Below are positions 16,193 to 25,516 of a stretch of DNA of 64,000 nucleotides, one piece after another; the stretch's first letter is position 1; every line of letters starts with the position of its first letter. The DNA lies in contig DATDID010000026.1 of the NCBI GenBank assembly GCA_036521195.1, positions 89,944-153,943 on the forward strand, given 5' to 3'. Under the pieces are notes generated by a model. It ran no database searches, was not told the origin of the DNA, and saw only the letters and a list, made by a program, of their open reading frames with translations. The position numbers and the translations under genes are program-made. The stretch comes from Candidatus Dormiibacterota bacterium. Lineage in GTDB: Bacteria; Chloroflexota; Dormibacteria; Aeolococcales; Aeolococcaceae.

Positions 16193-18579
16193 TGGCAGTC
16201 GACACCACGGAAGCAGCAGCTGCCGCTGAGTCAGCTCGCCAGGCAATGGGCGGGATCGGAGTCTCGCTGGCGCGCAAAGAGGACGCCCGCTTCATCCACG
16301 GTCAGGGTCACTACGTCGACGACGTCGTGCTGCCGGGGATGCTGCACATGGTCGTCGTGCGCAGCCCGCATGCGCATGCGCGCATCAAGGGCATCGACAG
16401 CAGCGCGGCCATGGCGATCCCGGGCGTGATCGCCGTGGTCACGGGCGAGTTGCTCGCGCAGCACAAGCTCGCGTGGATGCCCACGCTGTCCGGGGACACA
16501 CAGGCCGTGCTCGCCACCGACAAGGTGCGCTTCCAGGGACAGGAGGTGGCATGCGTCATCGCCGAGACGAAGTACATCGCAGAGGATGCCGCGGCGCTCG
16601 TGGTGGTCGACTACGAACCGCTGCAGGCGATCACGACGCCGCAGCAGGCGCTGTTGCCGGACGCTGTCGTCATCCGTGACGAGAAGGAAGGCCAGACCGA
16701 CAACAAGATCTACCACTGGGAAGCCGGCGACAAGGACGCGACCGACGCGGCGTTCGCGCGCGCCGTGAAGGTGGTGAGCCTCGAGACCTACTATCCGCGC
16801 TGCCACCCCTCGCCGCTGGAGACGTGCGGCTGCGTCGCGGACCTGGATCCGGTCACCGGCAACGCGACGATCTATATGACCAGCCAGGCGCCGCATGCGC
16901 ATCGCACGCTGTTCGCGATCGTCGCGGGGCTCCCCGAGGAGAAGATCCGCATCATCTCCCCGGATCTCGGTGGTGGTTTCGGCAACAAGGTGCCGATCTA
17001 TCCAGGCTATGTCGTCGCCACGGCCGCGTCGCTGCTCATCGGTCGCCCGGTCAAGTGGGTGGAGGATCGCACCGAGAACCTCATCTCGACGGGCTTCGCT
17101 CGCGACTACTACATGGACGGTTCCGTGGCGATCGACGAGAACGGCAAGTTCATCGGACTGCGTGTGCATCTGTTGAGCGACAACGGCGCGTTCTTCGCCG
17201 ACGCGCAGCCGACCAAGTTCAAAGCCGGTCTCTTCCACATCGTCACCGGCTCCTATGACATCCCGGCAGCGCACATCGTCGCGGACGGCGCGTACACCAA
17301 CAAGGCGCCGGGCGGCGTCGCGTATCGCTGCTCGTTCCGCGTTACCGAGGCTTCGTACTTCATCGAGCGGCTGGTCGAGAGCGCGGCCGTCGAGCTTGGC
17401 CAGGATCCCGTGACCACACGGTTGAACAACTTCATCCAGCCCGAGGCGTTCCCGTATCAGTCCGCTGCCGGGTTCGAGTACGACAGCGGCGACTATCCCC
17501 GCGCGATGCGGGTCGCGCTCGACATGCTCGGCTACGACGAGCTGCGCAAGGAACAGGCCGAGAAGCGTGCCCGCGGCGAGTTGATGGGCATCGGTGTCGC
17601 AAGCTTCACCGAGGTTGTCGGCGCCGGCAAGGGCAAGGACTACGACATCGCGGGGTTGCGCATGTTCGACTCAGCCGAGCTGCGCGTGCACCCCACCGGT
17701 AAGGCGATCCTCAAGCTCGGCGTGAAGTCGCAGGGGCAGGGTCACGAGACGACCTTCGCGCAGATCGTCGCCGAGGAGCTGGGCATTCCCGCGTCGGACA
17801 TCGAGGTCCGCGAGGGCGACACCGACAACACGCCGTTCGGGCTGGGCACGTATGCATCGCGGTCCACGCCGGTCGGTGGTGCCGCAACCGCGATGGTGTC
17901 GCGCAAGCTTCGCGACAAGGGCAAGCTGATCGCTGCGCATCTTTTCGAGGCCGACGTTGCCGACATCGAGTTCGACCACGGGAAGTACAACGTCAAGGGC
18001 TCGCCCGATAACGTCAAAACGATCCAGGACATCGCGTTTGCGGCGTACACGAACCTCCCTGAAGGCCTGGAGGCTGGACTCGAGGGCGTGACGTACTACG
18101 ACCCGCCGAACATGACGTTCCCGTTCGGCACGTACCTCGTGGTCGTCGACATCGACAAGGGGACCGGGCAGGTAAAGGTTCGCCGGATGGTGGCGGTCGA
18201 CGACTGCGGCGTCCGCATCAACCCGATGATCGTCGAGGGTCAGATCCACGGTGGGCTCACCGAGGGGTTCGCCATCGCGTTCATGGAATTGATCACGTTC
18301 GACGACGAGGGCAACTGCATCGGCTCGAACTTCATGGACTACCTCATCCCAACTGCGTGGGAAACGCCGCGGTTCGAGCTCGGCCAGACGGTAACTCCGT
18401 CCCCCCACCACCCGATCGGCGCCAAGGGCGTCGGCGAGTCTGCAACCGTCGGCTCGCCCGCTGCGTTCGTCAACGCCGTGATCGATGCACTGTCGCACCT
18501 CGGCATCACCAACATCGACATGCCCGTCACTTCCGACAAGGTGTGGGCGGCATTGCGCGGCGCGGGGGTGACCGAATAG
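16189..18579 (+). CDS. coxL: aerobic CO dehydrogenase large subunit, form I
   Basis: 796 aa carrying the diagnostic form I Mo-Cu active-site loop GGVAYRCSFRVTE. The M-S-L gene order is typical of form I. Confidence 0.85.
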   Translation: MMAVDTTEAAAAAESARQAMGGIGVSLARKEDARFIHGQGHYVDDVVLPGMLHMVVVRSPHAHARIKGIDSSAAMAIPGVIAVVTGELLAQHKLAWMPTLSGDTQAVLATDKVRFQGQEVACVIAETKYIAEDAAALVVVDYEPLQAITTPQQALLPDAVVIRDEKEGQTDNKIYHWEAGDKDATDAAFARAVKVVSLETYYPRCHPSPLETCGCVADLDPVTGNATIYMTSQAPHAHRTLFAIVAGLPEEKIRIISPDLGGGFGNKVPIYPGYVVATAASLLIGRPVKWVEDRTENLISTGFARDYYMDGSVAIDENGKFIGLRVHLLSDNGAFFADAQPTKFKAGLFHIVTGSYDIPAAHIVADGAYTNKAPGGVAYRCSFRVTEASYFIERLVESAAVELGQDPVTTRLNNFIQPEAFPYQSAAGFEYDSGDYPRAMRVALDMLGYDELRKEQAEKRARGELMGIGVASFTEVVGAGKGKDYDIAGLRMFDSAELRVHPTGKAILKLGVKSQGQGHETTFAQIVAEELGIPASDIEVREGDTDNTPFGLGTYASRSTPVGGAATAMVSRKLRDKGKLIAAHLFEADVADIEFDHGKYNVKGSPDNVKTIQDIAFAAYTNLPEGLEAGLEGVTYYDPPNMTFPFGTYLVVVDIDKGTGQVKVRRMVAVDDCGVRINPMIVEGQIHGGLTEGFAIAFMELITFDDEGNCIGSNFMDYLIPTAWETPRFELGQTVTPSPHHPIGAKGVGESATVGSPAAFVNAVIDALSHLGITNIDMPVTSDKVWAALRGAGVTE

Positions 18580-19550
18580 ACGAGGCGCTGCTGACCCTGC
18601 TCGCCGAGAACGCCGCAGCCGGGCGTCCCTGCGCACTCGCCACCGTGGTCCGCACGGAGTCGCCCACGTCTGCGCATCCGGGCGACAAAGCGGTGATCAC
18701 CGCTGACGGCGAGTTGCATGGTTGGATCGGTGGCAGCTGCTCGGAGCCGCTGGTTCGTCGCGAGGCACTGGTGGCGATGGGCGACGGCATGCCCCGGCTG
18801 GTGCGCATCCGGCCGGACGTCGAGGCACTCGAGACGCGCACCCGAGGAGAGCTCACGGTGGCCACAACATGCCCGAGCGGCGGAACGCTGGACATCTTCA
18901 TCGACCCCCACCTTCCCAAGCCGCTCCTCGTTGTCATCGGCGGAAGCCCCGCGGCTCGGTCGCTCATCGCGCTCGCGGGCGTGATGGGATTTCGGACGTG
19001 CGGGGTGGACCCGGGAGCGGGTGTCGCGGACTTCCCCGGCGCCGACCGTGTCTTCGATCAACTCGACCTGACGCCGCTTTCGGGCGACACCGATTGCTGG
19101 GTCGTCGTCGCGACGATGGGCCACTATGACGACGATGGGCTCGCCGCGGCGCTGACTCTGCCCAACGCCGACGTGGCGCTCGTTGCAAGCGAGCGCAGGT
19201 CGGCAGCCGTGTTCGAGACGCTGCGAGGCCGCGGGATCTCCGACGAGCAGCTCGCTCGCGTGCGAGCCCCCGCCGGCGCCCGTCGCGCTGGGGCACAGGA
19301 GGAGATCGCACTGCACGCGCTTGCCGAGGTCGTCGCGCTTCGCCGTGAGCGCATCGCCGCCAACCCTGCTGCGCCGTCTGCGGTCCTCACGGGCTTCGAG
19401 GTGGACCCGGTCTGTGGCATGACCGTCGATTCCGACGGCGCCGTGCACACCGCCGCGCACAACGGCGAGATGTACTGCTTCTGTTGCGCCGGCTGCCAGG
19501 AACGCTTCGTCGCCGATCCGGCACGGTTCCTGCGCGCTCCCGCCGGCTGA
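18543..19550 (+). CDS. XdhC/CoxI-family maturation chaperone with a C-terminal YHS (TRASH-like) metal-binding domain
   Basis: XdhC core blocks: ALATVVRTESPTSAHPGDKAVI, GWIGGSCSE, the Rossmann-like LLVVIGGSPAARSL, and APAG...EEIALHALAEVVA. The tail DPVCGMTVDSDGAVHTAAHNGEMYCFCCAGCQERFVADPARF is a classic YHS pattern. The start is uncertain: the first plausible in-frame start is GTG at 18543, which overlaps the coxL end, and there is no ATG after the coxL stop. Confidence 0.7.
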   Translation: MGGIARRGGDRIDEALLTLLAENAAAGRPCALATVVRTESPTSAHPGDKAVITADGELHGWIGGSCSEPLVRREALVAMGDGMPRLVRIRPDVEALETRTRGELTVATTCPSGGTLDIFIDPHLPKPLLVVIGGSPAARSLIALAGVMGFRTCGVDPGAGVADFPGADRVFDQLDLTPLSGDTDCWVVVATMGHYDDDGLAAALTLPNADVALVASERRSAAVFETLRGRGISDEQLARVRAPAGARRAGAQEEIALHALAEVVALRRERIAANPAAPSAVLTGFEVDPVCGMTVDSDGAVHTAAHNGEMYCFCCAGCQERFVADPARFLRAPAG

Positions 19551-20156
19551 GTGCCCCCCGCCGGCCCGGCAGCGGGAGTCATTCTCGCGGCCGGCGCGTC
19601 GCGGCGGATGGGGGAGGCGAAACAACTGCTCCCGCTCGATGGGCGGCCGTTGCTCGAGGTTGCGATCACAGCTGCATGCGCGTCGACGCTCGACGCGGTG
19701 GTCGTCGTCCTCGGAGCACGTTCTGACGAGATCGCGGCGAACGTGGACCTCGGTCGCGCACGCGTCGTCATCAACCCCGACTACGAGCAAGGGATGAGCA
19801 CGTCACTTCGCGCCGGGATCGCATCCCTCGGCCCCGAGATCAGCAGAGCAGTCGTGATCCTCGGCGACCAGCCGGACATCGATGCGGCCCTGATCGACAG
19901 CCTCCTCGAAGCCCAGGAAACATCGGGGCTACCGGCTGCCGCGCTCTCCTTCGACGGACTGCTGCATCCGCCGATGGTGCTGACGCGCTCCATGTGGGGG
20001 AACCTCGACGCGCTCCAAGGCGACGTCGGGTTGCGATCGCTCGTCCGGTCCCATCCGGAATCGGTGTTCGCGATGCCCGCGCGACGCCCAGGTGGTCATC
20101 CGGTCGACATCGACACGCGCGAGGACTTCGAGCAACTGACGAGGGACCGCGCCTGA
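19551..20156 (+). CDS. mocA: MobA-like NTP transferase, probable molybdenum cofactor cytidylyltransferase
   Basis: Carries GVILAAGASRRMGEAKQLLPLDGRPLL and GDQP. The GTG start directly follows the upstream stop. CODH-type enzymes use the cytosine dinucleotide cofactor. Confidence 0.7.
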   Translation: MPPAGPAAGVILAAGASRRMGEAKQLLPLDGRPLLEVAITAACASTLDAVVVVLGARSDEIAANVDLGRARVVINPDYEQGMSTSLRAGIASLGPEISRAVVILGDQPDIDAALIDSLLEAQETSGLPAAALSFDGLLHPPMVLTRSMWGNLDALQGDVGLRSLVRSHPESVFAMPARRPGGHPVDIDTREDFEQLTRDRA

Positions 20157-20207
20157 CGCGCTCTGCTAGCCTCGGCCCGTCCTGTTCCTGATTCGGAGGT
20201 GGGTGTG

Positions 20208-21500
20208 ATGCCGGCACTGGTCATCGTCGCCGAGCGACTCATCGATGGCACGGGCCGCGACCCAGTGGAGGCTGCAGCGATAGTCATCGAAGGTGGCCGG
20301 ATCACCGCTACTGGTGCGCGGTCGTCGCTGACGATCCCGGCAGACGCTCTGGTGATCGAGGACGACGACCTGACGCTGCTGCCCGGCTTCATGGACATGC
20401 ATGTGCACCTTGCCGCCGAGGGAACGAACCTCGTCAAGATCCTGATGACCCACGCTTCGCTGGCATTGCTCAGTGCGGTGCCGAACTCCGCCCGCACCCT
20501 GGCTGCGGGAGTCACGACGGTGCGGGACGCCGGCCACACGCCGGTGGGTGTGCGCCTTGCCGCCGAGGCGGGGTACTTTCCGGCGCCTCGCATGCAGCTT
20601 GCTGTCAGCCTCCTCAGCCAGACCGGGGGCCATGGCGACGATCTCATGCCGTGCGGAGCGCGCGTTGGCCTGACGATGGATGTCGACGTCCCGCACGGAG
20701 TCGTCGATGGCGTGGACGGCATGCGCCGCAAGGTCCGTGAGGTGATTCAGGCAGGAGCGGACTGGATCAAGCTCTGCACCAGCGGTGGCGTCCTGAGCGC
20801 CGGAGACTCGCCCGACCACGCGCAGTTCTCGGTGGACGAGATTCGGGTGGCGGTTGAGGAGGCGGCGGTCGTCGGCAAGCGCGTGATGGCGCATGCCATG
20901 TCTGCAGCCGGGATTCGCAACGCGCTCATCGCCGGAGTGACGAGCATCGAGCACGGCTGCCTCCTCGACGAGGAATGCATCTCGCTCATGAAGGAGAAGG
21001 GCGCGTACCTCGTGCCGACACTCGTCGCGCCGGGGGACGTGATCGCCGGCGCCACGGGGCCGGGCGGCAACGGGCTCCCGGTCGAGATGATCGAGAAGGC
21101 CGAGCGCATCGGTGGCCTCCATCGCGCAACAGTCGCGGCGGCTATCGCGTCCGGCGTGAAGATCGCCATGGGGACCGATGCCGCGGTGGGGCCGCATGGC
21201 CGCAACCTGCGCGAGCTGGGGGAGATGGTTCGCTGCGGGATGACGCCGATGCAGGCGATCGCCGCGTCCACACAGGTGCCCGCCGAGTTGCTTCGCCGTC
21301 CCGACCTGGGAACGCTCGAGCCCGGCAAGCTGGCCGACGTCGTCGTTGTGCGAGGTGACCCGCTGGCCGATATCGACAGCCTCGCCGACCCCGGTCACAT
21401 CCGCCTCGTGATCAAGGACGGCAGGATTGAGTGCGACTTCCGTGAGAGAAAGGGCGCCGCTCAGGGCTCGTCGGGGTCCTCGTCGAGCGCCGCTTCGTAG
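20208..21500 (+). CDS. metal-dependent amidohydrolase family protein
   Basis: GGAGG lies 8 nt upstream of the ATG at 20208. Motifs LLPGFMDMHVHL, MAHA and GTDA. Confidence 0.75.
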   Translation: MPALVIVAERLIDGTGRDPVEAAAIVIEGGRITATGARSSLTIPADALVIEDDDLTLLPGFMDMHVHLAAEGTNLVKILMTHASLALLSAVPNSARTLAAGVTTVRDAGHTPVGVRLAAEAGYFPAPRMQLAVSLLSQTGGHGDDLMPCGARVGLTMDVDVPHGVVDGVDGMRRKVREVIQAGADWIKLCTSGGVLSAGDSPDHAQFSVDEIRVAVEEAAVVGKRVMAHAMSAAGIRNALIAGVTSIEHGCLLDEECISLMKEKGAYLVPTLVAPGDVIAGATGPGGNGLPVEMIEKAERIGGLHRATVAAAIASGVKIAMGTDAAVGPHGRNLRELGEMVRCGMTPMQAIAASTQVPAELLRRPDLGTLEPGKLADVVVVRGDPLADIDSLADPGHIRLVIKDGRIECDFRERKGAAQGSSGSSSSAAS

Positions 21501-22516
21501 GGCGGGATTCGCCACGCCGCCTCGCGGCCGAGCAACCCGCCGTGGCCGAGCGACGCCAGGTAGTCGGGAGCCAGCGGGAGTCCGGCGTGGAGACGAGCGA
21601 GGAGCAGGTCCAGCGCGCTGCGGCGCGAGAACATCCCGCACGACGCGACACCGATGACAGGCCGCCCGAGAAGCTCCGCGATCCAGTAGCTGCTCCCCGG
21701 GTGCATCGGCAGACCGCGTCGCACCGACGTGGCCCCGGCTGCGATGAGGCTCTGCCAGGTGACCTCGAGCGGATCGACGGAGGCCACTCCCACGGCGAGG
21801 ACGACGTCAGCCGATCGCGCGGCGTCTCGCAGCGCTTCCTGCAACTGGACGGCGTCGCCGTCGACGTAGCGCACCGGGAGGACGCTGCCGCCGTACCAGT
21901 CACTGCGCAGGCCGAGCGACCGTTCGAAGCGGGCACGCGCGTTGTCGCTGAGTTGCTGGCGGACGATCGCGGTGACACGCAGCGGGAGGAACGGACGGAC
22001 ACTCAGCACGCTGCTTTTGTTCGGCGAGGTGGCGGCCGCGCCCTCCGCCGCGACGATCGCTGCCTCCGCGATTGCGAGCGGCGTCACCTTCACCCCGGCC
22101 AGCGTCCGTCCGGCGTCGACGGGGAGCCCGTCGGGCACGGTGAACACCGTCACGCCGTCGACGAGGTTCACCGCCGCGAGCGTGACGACGTCCACCTGCA
22201 CGAGCCCACGCCAGGCGGACACCAGCCGCACCTGCGACTCGACGGGTGGCCGCGTCGTGGTCCCCGGCCCGGCCACCGCCGCGGCGATGCGGATCGCTGC
22301 AGCGTCCTCGCCCACGTCGCCCTCGTCGAGCCAGAGCAGGTGCAGCTCGGCCGGCCGCGCCGCATCCAGGATCGCAGCATCGTTTGCCCCGAGGACAGCG
22401 CCCTTGCTCAGCACGGTCCGCCCATCAGCGCCGAACACGTCCCGGCAGAGCACCGCTCCCGACCAGCGAGCCGGGGTCACGTCGATCGCTGAGCCGGGAA
22501 GAACCTCCAGCCTCAC
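21461..22516 (-). CDS. MoeA-like/MoCF-biosynthesis-domain protein (non-canonical)
   Basis: 351 aa. The C-terminal half resembles a molybdopterin-binding MoCF domain (ADVVLAVGVASVDPLEVT..., GLPMHPGSSYWIAELLGRPVIGVASCG). There is a GTGA overlap with the upstream xdhC-like gene. Confidence 0.5.
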   Translation of the reverse strand: MRLEVLPGSAIDVTPARWSGAVLCRDVFGADGRTVLSKGAVLGANDAAILDAARPAELHLLWLDEGDVGEDAAAIRIAAAVAGPGTTTRPPVESQVRLVSAWRGLVQVDVVTLAAVNLVDGVTVFTVPDGLPVDAGRTLAGVKVTPLAIAEAAIVAAEGAAATSPNKSSVLSVRPFLPLRVTAIVRQQLSDNARARFERSLGLRSDWYGGSVLPVRYVDGDAVQLQEALRDAARSADVVLAVGVASVDPLEVTWQSLIAAGATSVRRGLPMHPGSSYWIAELLGRPVIGVASCGMFSRRSALDLLLARLHAGLPLAPDYLASLGHGGLLGREAAWRIPPYEAALDEDPDEP

Positions 22517-23589
22517 CCCGCCGGCTTGACTGGCATTGCCGACATCGACCCCGCCTCCTTCCCACGGCGGACCGCCACGATCTCGGCGAGGATCGCGACA
22601 GCGATCTCCTCGGGGGTCTGGGCGCCGAGATTCAGTCCCACCGGGCTGTGGATCCTGGCGATGTCCGCGTCGGTGAAGCCGGCTTCGTGCAGGCGCACGA
22701 CGCGCTTCGCGTGAGTGCCCCGGCTACCGATCGCGCCGATGTAACCGGTCTCGGTGCGCAGCAGGGCAGAGAGCGCCGGGTCCTCGAATTTCGGGTCGTG
22801 GGCCAGACAGACCGCCGCATCGCGCGGACCGAGATCGAAGCGCGGCAGCGCCTCATCGGGCCATGCCGTGACGAGACGTTCCGCGTTGGTGATGCGCTCG
22901 GTGTTGTTGAACGCGGATCGTGGATCGACCACGGAGACGATGAACCCCGCCGCAACGGCCATCGTCGTCAACGGGATCGCGATGTGCACGGCGCCGATGA
23001 CCACGAGTTGCGGTGCCGGGACGATCGGATCGACGAACACGCGCAGCCCGGCGATCTCCTCGACTCCCGGCAGGCCCGACGCGAGGCGGGGTCGTGCCGC
23101 CGCGATCGTTTGCTGTTCCGTGAAGCCGGCACCCAGGCTGCCGACCAGGCCACCGCCGGCCGTTGCCGCCGCCCGGCCGCCCGTGTCGTCGCCGTCGAGC
23201 ACGGTCATGAGCGCCACCGGACGCGAGGTCTCGATGGCGTTCCGCACGGCCTCGATCACAGGGTCCGAACCGTCGCTCTCCAGTGTCTCGACGAAGATCT
23301 CGACCTCGCCGCCGCAGGACAAACCGACGGCCCAACCCATCTCGTCGCTGATCCCGTAGTGGAGCAGGCGCGGTGGCGCGGTGCCTTCGATGGTGGCCTG
23401 GGCCTCCAGCACGACCGCCGACTCGAGACAGCCGCCACTGACGGATCCGGCCATCCGGCCGTCGCGACTCACAAGCAACCGTGCCCCCATCGGTCGCGGT
23501 GTCGATCCCGACGTTCCGACGACAGTCGCAACGGCGACGAGGGGATCGCCCTCGCTCCATTCATGCAGGGTCGGGAGCAGGTCTCGCAT
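22513..23589 (-). CDS. XdhC/CoxF-like molybdenum hydroxylase maturation factor
   Basis: From ATG at 23589 the product reads MRDLLPTLHEWSEGDPLVAVATVVGTSGSTPRPMGARLLV, and carries SVSGGCLE and QLVVIGAVHIAIPL. The track ORF extends to 24417, but that part is shadow sequence of coxG. Confidence 0.8.
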   Translation of the reverse strand: MRDLLPTLHEWSEGDPLVAVATVVGTSGSTPRPMGARLLVSRDGRMAGSVSGGCLESAVVLEAQATIEGTAPPRLLHYGISDEMGWAVGLSCGGEVEIFVETLESDGSDPVIEAVRNAIETSRPVALMTVLDGDDTGGRAAATAGGGLVGSLGAGFTEQQTIAAARPRLASGLPGVEEIAGLRVFVDPIVPAPQLVVIGAVHIAIPLTTMAVAAGFIVSVVDPRSAFNNTERITNAERLVTAWPDEALPRFDLGPRDAAVCLAHDPKFEDPALSALLRTETGYIGAIGSRGTHAKRVVRLHEAGFTDADIARIHSPVGLNLGAQTPEEIAVAILAEIVAVRRGKEAGSMSAMPVKPAG

Positions 23590-23661
23590 AGTCTGAGTAT
23601 CCGCTTCCACACAGTTCCGGGACAAGCCGCGCGGTTTGTCGGGCGGTGCACAATGCCTGGA

Positions 23662-24369
23662 ATGCAAATCACGAATTCCTTCGCCGTCAAGGCGTCTCCC
23701 GACGTCGTGTATGAGTTCCTGCTCGACGTGAACAACGTCGTCAGCTGCGTCCCCGGGGCGGAGCTGTCGGAGGTGGTCGATCCGAGCACCTTCAAGGGCA
23801 AGGTCCGCATCAAGGTCGGCCCGGTGACTGTCAGCTACAACGGCACGGCGCGCATCACATCGCGCGACGCTGCAACGCGCACTGCGACGCTCGAGGCCGA
23901 GGGCAAGGAGACCACCGGATCGGGTTCCGCGCAGGCGACAACGGTGATGTCGGTCGCAGCAGAAGGCGACGCCTCGACGGTGACGCTCGCAACCGATTTC
24001 ACCGTGGTCGGGCGGGTGGCACAGTTTGGTCGCGGGATCATGGAAGACGTCTCGCGTCACCTCGTCGGCCAGGCCGCCGCGTGCATCCAGTCGAAGCTCG
24101 AGACGCCGCCGCCCGCTGCGGCAGAGCCGTCCGATGGCGGCGCCGCGAACGGATCGACGGCAGCATCCGCCCCCACTCCGGCCGCCGCGCCGTCGCAACC
24201 GGCGGCGCTGGACGCGGTGGCGTTGGGTCGGGCCGTGGCCAAGGAGCGGCTCAGCCGTATCAAGGTCAACCCGCAGACGATCGCGATCGGCCTCGGCGGC
24301 TTCGTCAGCCTCCTGCTGCTTCGGCGCTGGCGCCGAGCTCGGCGCCGCCGCCGCGCCGCGAACGGCTAG
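23662..24369 (+). CDS. coxG: CoxG (SRPBCC) protein with a C-terminal membrane anchor
   Basis: From ATG at 23662 the product reads MQITNSFAVKASPDVVYEFLLDVNNVVSCVPGAE...KVGPVTVSYNGTARI. An Ala/Pro-rich linker follows, then IAIGLGGFVSLLLL plus an RRWRRARRRRR tail. Confidence 0.75.
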   Translation: MQITNSFAVKASPDVVYEFLLDVNNVVSCVPGAELSEVVDPSTFKGKVRIKVGPVTVSYNGTARITSRDAATRTATLEAEGKETTGSGSAQATTVMSVAAEGDASTVTLATDFTVVGRVAQFGRGIMEDVSRHLVGQAAACIQSKLETPPPAAAEPSDGGAANGSTAASAPTPAAAPSQPAALDAVALGRAVAKERLSRIKVNPQTIAIGLGGFVSLLLLRRWRRARRRRRAANG

Positions 24370-25516
24370 ACCGCCTCGGAAGGTCCGCGAGGAGCCGGCC
24401 GAGCGTGTCCAGCGCATCGACGCTGTGAGCGCTCAGGAAGTCATCGCAGTGTGGAAGGGCGGCGGCCATGCCGCGCGTCTCCGGCTGGTATGCGCTGCTG
24501 CCGAGCAGCGGATTGAGCCAGATCAGCCGGTGACAGGTGCGGCGGAGCCGTGCCATCTCGCGGCCCAGTTGCTCGGGGTCACCGCGGTCCCACCCGTCGC
24601 TGATGATGAGCACGATCGCGCCGTGACCGAGGACGCGCCGCGCGTGCACGCGCTGAAAGGTGTGCAAGGCGTCGGCGATTCGCGTCCCGCCGCCGATGTC
24701 GTGCACCTGCTCCGCGACGTGATCGAGCGCCGAGTCGATGTCACCGTGACGGAGGAGATGCGTGATTCTCGTCAGATGTGTCGAAAACGCGAAGGTCTCC
24801 ACCCGTTCGCGCCGGCCGATGGCGTGAGCGAACACGAGCAGGTGACGAGAGTACCGGTCCATCGAGCCGCTGACGTCGCAGAGGATGACGATCGGCCGGC
24901 GCTTCTTGCGGGTGCTTGCGCGCGCGAGTTGTGGCGCGTCGCCACCGTGACGTGCCGCCGAGCGCATCGTCCGGCGCAGCTCGACCGAACCACGACGATC
25001 CGCGCGCAGGCGGCGCGTCCTCCGCTCCGCAACCCGCCACGGCGCCTGCCGGAGCAGCCGTCGCACCGCCGCCAGCTCCTCCCAGCTCATGTCGCGGAAA
25101 TCACGCTGGCGGAGCAGTTCCTCGGCGCTGTACCCGGCGCTCGACGCAGGTGGTCCCTCAACCTCGCGAGCCACACCGGGGGCTGACAGGCCGAGCGCGT
25201 CCATCCACGCTCTCGCCTGCTTTGGATCGAGTGCAAGAGGACGGCTGCGTCCCGGGATCGAGCCGGACTTCCCCTCACCACCAGGGCGAGAGAAGAAGAG
25301 GTCGAACGCCGCGTCGAACACCGGCCCTTCCTCACGCCGCGTGACGAAGACCGCGCGCAGCGCATACCGGACCTCGTCGGGTTGTGCAAGGTCGATCGCG
25401 AGCAAGGCCTGACACGCGTCCTGGACGCGCTCGGGCCCCGTGGTCAGCCCCGCGTCACGAAGGAGACGTGCGAACAGCGTGACGCTCTCGACAGGATCCG
25501 GGCCCTTGCTGATCAC
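24305..25516 (-). CDS. coxE: VWA-domain CoxE-like protein
   Basis: 403 aa with the MIDAS block IVILCDVSGSMDRY. It overlaps coxD by 4 bp. Its 3' end converges on and overlaps coxG by 65 bp. Confidence 0.75.
   Translation of the reverse strand: MISKGPDPVESVTLFARLLRDAGLTTGPERVQDACQALLAIDLAQPDEVRYALRAVFVTRREEGPVFDAAFDLFFSRPGGEGKSGSIPGRSRPLALDPKQARAWMDALGLSAPGVAREVEGPPASSAGYSAEELLRQRDFRDMSWEELAAVRRLLRQAPWRVAERRTRRLRADRRGSVELRRTMRSAARHGGDAPQLARASTRKKRRPIVILCDVSGSMDRYSRHLLVFAHAIGRRERVETFAFSTHLTRITHLLRHGDIDSALDHVAEQVHDIGGGTRIADALHTFQRVHARRVLGHGAIVLIISDGWDRGDPEQLGREMARLRRTCHRLIWLNPLLGSSAYQPETRGMAAALPHCDDFLSAHSVDALDTLGRLLADLPRRSSRSRRGGGAELGASAEAAGG

Noticed and set aside
22246-23661. 5' part of the 707-aa plus-strand ORF. 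Also the 23590-24417 extension of the 634-aa minus-strand ORF, and similar N-terminal extensions at 2784-3026, 27511-27786 and 29524-29886.
   Set aside because: The extensions are Arg/Pro-rich, overlap well-supported genes on the other strand, and internal starts give canonical N-termini (CoxG MQITN..., XdhC MRDLL..., ModC MTLQ..., regulator MSTYK...).
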